The notes under the pieces are model-generated. The model was not told where the DNA came from, made no database searches, and saw only the letters and a list, made by a program, of their open reading frames with translations. This document shows, piece by piece, positions 57,452-64,000 of a DNA stretch of 64,000 nt. Source of the DNA: an uncultured Rikenella sp. (GTDB lineage: Bacteria > Bacteroidota > Bacteroidia > Bacteroidales > VadinHA17); assembly GCA_964488645.1 (NCBI GenBank), contig CAZAVK010000006.1:18548-82547 (forward strand). The letters run 5' to 3'. Position numbers and translations under genes: made by a program. Each line of letters opens with the position of its first letter. Positions within the stretch are counted from its first letter, which is position 1.

Positions 57452-59286
57452 AAAAAACTGCCCTGTTACTGTCTCTGCTGCTGACTGCCGGTATGGCACA
57501 GCTCCCGGCACAGGCCATTGAACGGATCGATCCGCCCTCATGGTTCACCGGGATGAAGGATAGCTCGCTGCAGCTCATGGTCTGCGGACCCGGGATAGGT
57601 GCCTTTGAGGTGACAACCGGCTATCCCGGCGTGGAGGTAAAGAGTATGGTGCGTACCACCAACCCCAACTATCTCTTCGTTAACCTCGATATCAGCGGCA
57701 GTGCTGAGCCGGGTACTGTCACACTCACCTTTACCAGCGGCAAAAAGAGGCTCACCCACAGCTATCCGCTGCTCGAAAGGCCTGCCGGACCGGCCAGGGG
57801 GTTCTCCCCTGCCGACGTGATCTACCTGCTTATGCCTGACCGCTTTGCCAACGGAGATCCCACCAATGACAACCTCCCCGGCATGACCGAGCAGGTGAAC
57901 CGCAGCAATCCCGGAGGGAGGCATGGCGGTGACCTCAGGGGCATCACCGATCACCTCGACTACCTGCATGGGCTGGGGGTGACAGGGGTATGGCTCAACC
58001 CATTCCTTGAGAACAACCAGGAGCGATACTCATATCACGGCTACTCCACCACCGACTTCTACCGGGCCGACCCGCGGTATGGCTCGAATGAGGAGTTCAG
58101 GGAACTGGTGGCGGAGGCGCACAAGAGGGGAATGAAGGTGGTGATGGATATGATCTTCAACCATATCGGGTCATCCCACCCGTGGATGAAAGACCTGCCG
58201 GCAGCAGACTGGATTCACCGGTTTGATAGCTTCACCCGCACCAACTACCGCGCCTCGGTATGGATGGATCCCTATGTGGCCGTGAGTGACCGCGAGCTGA
58301 TGGAGAAAGGGTGGTTCGATGTCACCATGCCCGACCTGAACCAGGGCAACCCGCTGGTAGAGACCTACCTGATACAGAACAGCCTGTGGTGGATAGCCTT
58401 CAGCGACCTGGACGGCATACGCATGGATACCTACCCCTATCCCCTGCCTGCGATGATGGCACGGTGGGCAAAGAGGGTCGAAGAGGAGTTCCCGGGCTTC
58501 TTCATCGTCGGAGAGGTGTGGTATGATGACCCGGCACACACCTCATACTGGGCACTCAACAAGGAGAACCATGACGGATACCGCTCAAACCTTCCGTCAG
58601 TGACCGACTTTCCCCTCTGCTTCGCCACACACAGGGCATTCACCGATGCCAACCCGACAGAGGGACTGTCAAAACTCTATGACATACTCTCACAGGACTT
58701 CCTCTACCCCGAGCCCCTCCGGAATGTGATATTCCTTGACAACCATGACATGACAAGGTACTTCACCCAGACCGGCGGCAGCCTTGACATCTACCGGATG
58801 GCACTGAGCTTCATCATGACGACACGCGGCATACCTCAGCTCTACTACGGTACCGAGATAGTGATGGAGGGCGACAAGAGGATGGGCGACGGACGCCTGA
58901 GGGAAGACTTCCCCGGAGGGTGGCCGGGTGATGAGAAGAGCGTGTTCACCGGCAACGGCCTCTCCCCTGCAGAGCAGGAGGCGCTGCAGTTCACACGCAG
59001 GATACTCAACTGGCGGAAAGGCAAGGAGGTGATACACAGCGGAAAACTGAAGCACTATATACCTGCCGGCGGACTATATGTATACTTCCGGTACAATGAC
59101 AGCGAGAGCGTGATGGTGGTGCTCAACAACAATGAGCAGGAGAGCAGGATGGTGGAGGGCAGGCGGTATGCCGAGTCACTCGAAGGATTTACCTCCGGAA
59201 CCGATATCATCACGGGCGAGACAATCGGTAACCTCAGTAAATTCACCATCAGGCCGAAAACAGCAATGATAATCGAACTAAAATAA
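57448..59286 (+). CDS. susA: SusA-like neopullulanase/cyclomaltodextrinase (GH13)
   Basis: YLLMPDRFANGD, DGIRMDT, GEVW and DNHD; signal peptide. Confidence 0.92.
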   Translation: MKKTALLLSLLLTAGMAQLPAQAIERIDPPSWFTGMKDSSLQLMVCGPGIGAFEVTTGYPGVEVKSMVRTTNPNYLFVNLDISGSAEPGTVTLTFTSGKKRLTHSYPLLERPAGPARGFSPADVIYLLMPDRFANGDPTNDNLPGMTEQVNRSNPGGRHGGDLRGITDHLDYLHGLGVTGVWLNPFLENNQERYSYHGYSTTDFYRADPRYGSNEEFRELVAEAHKRGMKVVMDMIFNHIGSSHPWMKDLPAADWIHRFDSFTRTNYRASVWMDPYVAVSDRELMEKGWFDVTMPDLNQGNPLVETYLIQNSLWWIAFSDLDGIRMDTYPYPLPAMMARWAKRVEEEFPGFFIVGEVWYDDPAHTSYWALNKENHDGYRSNLPSVTDFPLCFATHRAFTDANPTEGLSKLYDILSQDFLYPEPLRNVIFLDNHDMTRYFTQTGGSLDIYRMALSFIMTTRGIPQLYYGTEIVMEGDKRMGDGRLREDFPGGWPGDEKSVFTGNGLSPAEQEALQFTRRILNWRKGKEVIHSGKLKHYIPAGGLYVYFRYNDSESVMVVLNNNEQESRMVEGRRYAESLEGFTSGTDIITGETIGNLSKFTIRPKTAMIIELK

Positions 59287-59296
59287 TATGACCGTT

Positions 59297-60667
59297 ATGA
59301 AAGAGCACATTCTGAAGATCCTGCTTATTGTTGCCGGAGCAGTGCTGCTGGCGGCAGCATGCCGGCCCGCACTGAAATCAGCCATCGAGCCGCTGAAGTC
59401 ATCGGTAGTCCATGCTGAATGGACCCGCAACATGGTGCTTTATGAAATCAATGTCAGGCAGTTCTCAGACGAGGGTACCTTCGCGGGAGTGGAGCAGGCT
59501 CTGCCAAGACTGAAAGAGCTGGGCGTCAACGTATTGTGGTTTATGCCAATCCATCCCATCGGAGAGGTCAACCGCAAAGGCGGACTGGGAAGCTACTACT
59601 CGATAAGTGACTACAAGGGGGTCAATCCCGAATTCGGTACCTTTGAAGAGTTCAGGGCACTGGTCACCAGGGCACATGAGATGGGATTCCATGTTATTAT
59701 GGACTGGGTGGGCAACCACTCGGCGTGGGATAACCACCTGGCAACCGAATTCCCTGAGTGGTATGAAAAAGGAGCCGACGGCAATTTCGTATCTCCCTTC
59801 GACTGGAGTGATGTGATACAGTTTGATTATACTGCAGAACCGCTGTGGGATTATATGATCGGCGCCATGCGCTTCTGGGTCGAAGAGGCAGGTATTGACG
59901 GCTACCGATGCGACTTCCCGGGCCTGGTGCCGGAGGAGTTCTGGTACAGGGCCACCACCGAGCTCAACACCATCAGGCCGGTGCTGATGCTCGCCGAGGA
60001 CGAAGAGCACTCATACCTCCTGGAGAGGGCATTTGACATGAACTATGCCTGGGCACATCACCACCTGATGAATGCCGTTGCACAGGAGAAGCGCAGGCCG
60101 GCTGCGCTTGACAGCCTGATGGACTACGAACTTGAAAGGTATGCCCCCGATTCATACCGGCTGCGCTTCATGACAAACCATGACGAGAACTCATGGAACG
60201 GTACCATCACCGAGCAGATGGGCGACGCACAGCGGGCATTTGCATGCTACCTCTTCACCATTCCGGGGGTACCCCTGCTCTACAACGGGCAGGAGGCTGA
60301 CCTCGACAGGAGGCTACTCTTCTTCGAGCGTGACCCGATCAACTGGAAAGAGAGTGATCTCACCCCCTTCTACACCACCCTGGTACACCTGCGCACAACG
60401 CATCCCGCACTGCGCCACGGCACCGAAGGGGGGAGCTATGAGAGAGTGAAGAGCGACCGGAAAAGCGTGATGGCCTATCGCAGGGTGAAGGGTGAGGATG
60501 TGGTGCTCACGATACTGAACATGAGCAGCAGCCCGGTGACGGTAAGCCTGAAAGAGAGCTCCGCAGACGGAAGCTACCGGGACCTCTTTACCGGCGGGGC
60601 GGTGGAGATAGCCCGCGGCAGCAAGCTTGAGATGGAGCCATGGGGATACATGGTACTGACAAAATAG
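59297..60667 (+). CDS. GH13 alpha-amylase lipoprotein
   Basis: Lipobox LAAAC; YEINVRQF, DWVGNH, DGYRCD, LAE and NHDE. Alternative start at 59288. Confidence 0.92.
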   Translation: MKEHILKILLIVAGAVLLAAACRPALKSAIEPLKSSVVHAEWTRNMVLYEINVRQFSDEGTFAGVEQALPRLKELGVNVLWFMPIHPIGEVNRKGGLGSYYSISDYKGVNPEFGTFEEFRALVTRAHEMGFHVIMDWVGNHSAWDNHLATEFPEWYEKGADGNFVSPFDWSDVIQFDYTAEPLWDYMIGAMRFWVEEAGIDGYRCDFPGLVPEEFWYRATTELNTIRPVLMLAEDEEHSYLLERAFDMNYAWAHHHLMNAVAQEKRRPAALDSLMDYELERYAPDSYRLRFMTNHDENSWNGTITEQMGDAQRAFACYLFTIPGVPLLYNGQEADLDRRLLFFERDPINWKESDLTPFYTTLVHLRTTHPALRHGTEGGSYERVKSDRKSVMAYRRVKGEDVVLTILNMSSSPVTVSLKESSADGSYRDLFTGGAVEIARGSKLEMEPWGYMVLTK

Positions 60668-60694
60668 CTTTCTGAGATATGTCTTGAAAGGTTG

Positions 60695-60732
60695 CAGGGC
60701 CGGCGGAGGAAATCTCTGCCGGCCCTGTTTTT
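60695..60732 (+). terminator. Intrinsic terminator between convergent genes
   Basis: cagggccggcggag-gaaat-ctctgccggccctg followed by ttttt. Confidence 0.85.
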
Positions 60733-60765
60733 CCCTGAGGGACAGCAGGGCCGGCCGCTGTACCC

Positions 60766-63573
60766 TTATCTCTTTACCAGGCGTGTGACTGCCGTACCCC
60801 TCTCCGCGACAGCTCTCAGGTAATATACCCCTGCAGGAAGTCCATCTCCATCAATGGTAACCTCCTCCGTCCCTGCGGGCAGCGAGATGATCCGGACCCT
60901 GCTGCCGTCGGCAGCGAACAGTTCCAGGGTATGGGGCATACCCCCTTCAACGCTGCTGAGCCGTACCGTTGCCCTCTCTGAGAAGGGGGTTGGGAAAACC
61001 TGCAGGGTGGTCTCTTCGCCCTTGTCTGCCATGGGATATATCACTCCTGTCAGGAAGGAGGGTCTGGAAACCTGCTTTGAGGTATAAATACGGTATTCAC
61101 CCGGCTGCAACTGGATGGGTGTGTCACGGTTACCCGAGCCGATATCGGTGGCAGTGCCGCGGAAGAACTCGTACCAGGTGCCTGTCCTGGTGAACGCCGG
61201 AGAGATCTCGCGGGGGAAGATGTCGAAATTGCCCAGTACCACCACATCCATATCAGGGTGTTCAATGGTAAGCCGTTTCGTCTCACCCGACTCATATAGC
61301 GAGAAATTGTCTGATGAGAAGGCCGGCTCACGTTTCTTCAGCGTGGCCAGCGCCGAGAAGTTGTCATAGAGATTCCGTCGTGCCGGCACCTCGAAGTAGT
61401 CCCACCTGATGGGCTTCGGGCCCAGCGGATCATTGTTATGGTTCTTTGCGTAGTCATATCCAAGCTCCTGGAACTGCCACAGCATCTTCGGGCCGGGCAT
61501 GGCCATGAAGAAGGTTGCGGTCAGCTTGATCCGCTTAAGTGCGGTGTTCAGATCCCTGATGTTGTATCCGCCTACCGCCCTCCCCTCTGTCAGGTTGAGC
61601 CACATGATCCGCTCCTCGTCATGGCTCTCCATGTAGTCAACGATTCCCGGCACGCTCCACCCGCGTGAACGCCATGAGGCGTCGGCAAGTGACATGTTCC
61701 AGTCACTGCGGCTGGTCGAGGCTGCCTGGTAACGATTCCTGGCATAGCCCCACAGCAGGAAGCCGCTTCCGGCCAGTTCCTTCTCCTCATTGTTGTCAGT
61801 AAAGTGCTCGAGTATCAGTATTGCGTCGGGCCGGTAAGACCAGATCCGCTCACCCATCCGCTTGAGTATGGCGATGCGCGAAGCGTCATAGGCCCAACCG
61901 TCACCCGGCCGGTTGGTGAACCCCTTGGTAAAGTCAAACCGGAAGCCGTCTATCCTGAACTCATCGATCCAGTAGTGGCATACACTGTCAACGAAGGCCT
62001 TCGTGGCACTGCTCTCATGGTTGAAGTCATACCCCCAGGAATAGACGCTGTTGGGTGAGGTCTCATTGAACCAGGGGTTGTTTGCAGCCGGCCGGCCGGC
62101 ACTGCTGTTCCAGTACATCCTTACCAGCGGGTTGCTGCCGAAGGCATGGTTGAGCACCATATCCATGATCACCGCTATGCCCCTGCCGTGGCATGAGTCA
62201 ACCAGCTCCTTCAGGTCATTGGCCGGCCCGTAGTACTTGTCAACCGCAAAATACATTGCCGGATTGTAGCCCCAGCTGCTGTTGCCCTCGAACTCATTCA
62301 CCGGCATCAGCTCAATGGCATTGATCCCAAGCCGGCTGAGATAGTCAAGCGTGTCGCGTATCGTCCGGAAGTTGTGATTTGCGGTGAAGTCGCGTACCAG
62401 CAACTCGTATATGATAAGGGTATCGGCCTTAGGTGCCTGAAAGCCGTTGTTCTTCCAGATATACTTCCCGGGGCGTGTCTGGAAGACCGATACCAGGTTC
62501 TCCGCCTTTCCAACAGGATAGGGTTTCAGGCCGGGGTAGGTCTCCTCTCCTATGTAGCGGTCATTCCAGGGGTCAAGCACCTTCTGCGAATATGGGTCGG
62601 CTATCCTGAGCGACTCATCGATGAGATACTGGAACGCATACTCCCTGCCCGGGTCAAGGCCTGTAACCTCAAGCCAGTACCACTCCCCGTCAGGGCTTCT
62701 CTTCATGAACCCCTCGCTGCAGTGAACCCAGTTGTTGAAGTCGCCCATGAGAAAGACCGAGCTCTTGAATGGTGCATAGAGCAGGAATGCAACCGTATTG
62801 TCTCCCAGGATATTGATCCCCGGCCGCAGGCCTGCGGGAACGGGCTCAGTGACTGTGGCCGTCCTTATGAAATAGGAGGCCGAGTCGGCCTTCATCACGT
62901 TGTCATGCCACGCCCTGGCCAAAAGCAGGAAGTTGCCGGAGCCGGATGCGGTGATGGTATGACTGAGTGTGGTGGAGGTAACCTTCTCAAGCCGCTGCCC
63001 GTTCTGGTAAAGGATGATCGAATCGGCCACCGTGGCAGAGACCTCCACGGCTATCTCCTGGCCGGCATCAACCAGCGAGGTGTACTCTGCCGGCTGCTGC
63101 AGCATGATCTCGAATGCCTCCTCTTCGGAGACATCGTAGAAAATGTCTGCACCGCCGGTGGCACGACCGCTCCGTGAGCCATTGGCATTGCGGAAGACGA
63201 AGGCAAGCTTCACTATCTCCTCCCCTGCGGGCACGCCATAATAGTCACGTATCGAGGGGGTGATCTCAAGCGTGTAGCTGTTGGCCGACACCTTCGTCAG
63301 CTTTGCCTTCGGGAGGTTGACTGACCAGCCTGCAACCACATACTTCCAGTCAGAGGGTCCGGTACTGGCGCTGGTGATAACGCCGGTATGTGCGTAGACA
63401 TCATCGCCGGCATAGTCCTTCAGCCCCATATCCCCGCGGTCAGCGTGAAAGGTAATCACTACCGGGCGGGAAGCCACCGGGAAGGTGGGATCAGCAGTCA
63501 CAACCTGTGACAGTGCAGCCGGACCGGCAAGGGCGAGCAGTACTGAAAACAGCAGGAATTTAACTCTTGTCAT
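60766..63573 (-). CDS. Secreted GH13 alpha-amylase/pullulanase-type enzyme with CBM48 and a probable T9SS C-terminal domain
   Basis: VYAHTG N-terminal CBM; SWGYNP, DGFRFDFTKG and SHDEER; C-terminal VFPTPF...LPAGVYYLR. Confidence 0.9.
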   Translation of the reverse strand: MTRVKFLLFSVLLALAGPAALSQVVTADPTFPVASRPVVITFHADRGDMGLKDYAGDDVYAHTGVITSASTGPSDWKYVVAGWSVNLPKAKLTKVSANSYTLEITPSIRDYYGVPAGEEIVKLAFVFRNANGSRSGRATGGADIFYDVSEEEAFEIMLQQPAEYTSLVDAGQEIAVEVSATVADSIILYQNGQRLEKVTSTTLSHTITASGSGNFLLLARAWHDNVMKADSASYFIRTATVTEPVPAGLRPGINILGDNTVAFLLYAPFKSSVFLMGDFNNWVHCSEGFMKRSPDGEWYWLEVTGLDPGREYAFQYLIDESLRIADPYSQKVLDPWNDRYIGEETYPGLKPYPVGKAENLVSVFQTRPGKYIWKNNGFQAPKADTLIIYELLVRDFTANHNFRTIRDTLDYLSRLGINAIELMPVNEFEGNSSWGYNPAMYFAVDKYYGPANDLKELVDSCHGRGIAVIMDMVLNHAFGSNPLVRMYWNSSAGRPAANNPWFNETSPNSVYSWGYDFNHESSATKAFVDSVCHYWIDEFRIDGFRFDFTKGFTNRPGDGWAYDASRIAILKRMGERIWSYRPDAILILEHFTDNNEEKELAGSGFLLWGYARNRYQAASTSRSDWNMSLADASWRSRGWSVPGIVDYMESHDEERIMWLNLTEGRAVGGYNIRDLNTALKRIKLTATFFMAMPGPKMLWQFQELGYDYAKNHNNDPLGPKPIRWDYFEVPARRNLYDNFSALATLKKREPAFSSDNFSLYESGETKRLTIEHPDMDVVVLGNFDIFPREISPAFTRTGTWYEFFRGTATDIGSGNRDTPIQLQPGEYRIYTSKQVSRPSFLTGVIYPMADKGEETTLQVFPTPFSERATVRLSSVEGGMPHTLELFAADGSRVRIISLPAGTEEVTIDGDGLPAGVYYLRAVAERGTAVTRLVKR

Positions 63574-63606
63574 ACCTTTTTATCTGAATGATACCTGTAC
63601 AAAATA

Positions 63607-63641
63607 ATCAAAAACCCCTTCAGTGAGAAGAGGTTTTTGAT
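63607..63641 (-). terminator. Hairpin downstream of the susE/F-like gene
   Basis: atcaaaaacccctt / aagaggtttttgat inverted repeat flanked by A/T runs. Confidence 0.7.
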
Positions 63642-63728
63642 TTTAAAGAACGCTGCAATAACAGTTAACCATAGGAGATCAGCTCATTCCCCCGTCGATT
63701 GTCAGTTACGAACGGGGGTCTCCGCTGC

Positions 63729-64000
63729 TCAGTTTTTTGTTATGGTTGCCACCCTGCTCCATGGGTTCAGGGTTATCGTATAGTTGCCTGCCTCGTTGAT
63801 GCGGATATTTGCTCCGCCCTCGGTCAGTGCGCCAGGGTCTCCGCCGAAGTTGTATCCCCAGTCATCATTGGCCCTGAACTTGATCTCTCCGGCGGTCAGG
63901 TTCAGGGTAGCCCTGAAGAGTCCGAGTGCGGGTACCCAGGCCATGTTGGTATCATCACCCCAGCCTCCGGGGGTTGCATCACCTATTATGCCCCACCTGT
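63729..64000 (-). CDS. SusE/SusF-like starch-binding outer-membrane protein (C-terminal part only)
   Basis: WGIIGDATPGGW..D and GEIKFRANDDW..NFG CBM motif; the frame runs off the window end. Confidence 0.88.
   Translation of the reverse strand, partial: RWGIIGDATPGGWGDDTNMAWVPALGLFRATLNLTAGEIKFRANDDWGYNFGGDPGALTEGGANIRINEAGNYTITLNPWSRVATITKN

Overview
A 64-kb chromosomal segment from an anaerobic Bacteroidota, most likely Bacteroidales. This assignment rests on TAnnTTTG promoters, SusE/F- and SusA-like genes, a probable T9SS sorting domain and HydF. About 45 genes are supported; I found no rRNA, tRNA, CRISPR array or integrase/transposase. The most striking locus is a minus-strand run (6.5-18.2 kb) in which a corrinoid methyl-transfer module sits among sugar genes. 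The module has a DxHxxG corrinoid protein, two MtaA/UROD-fold Zn methyltransferases and a stand-alone MetH-reactivation-domain protein. The sugar genes are a GH3 beta-glucosidase, a GH127-like hydrolase, an XylE-like sugar porter and a GH13. I infer a candidate B12-dependent anaerobic O-demethylation system for methylated sugars. Other notable items: (1) a histidine ammonia-lyase-family gene whose MIO tripeptide is Ala-Cys-Gly, preceded by a 20-aa uORF and a terminator-like hairpin; (2) an AT-richer block after a LytS/LytTR pair encoding unknown secreted proteins, one with dockerin-like Ca-binding repeats plus TPRs; (3) an RmuC-like nuclease-fold ORF coupled to an orphan hydF; (4) a recurring pattern of diverged tandem copies of gene ends, plus in-frame repeat expansions inside enzymes. 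The remainder is GH20, GH92, several peptidases, a PerR/peroxiredoxin/DsbD cluster, fumarase and a maltose/starch locus. All assignments come from recognising motifs by eye; no database searches were run.
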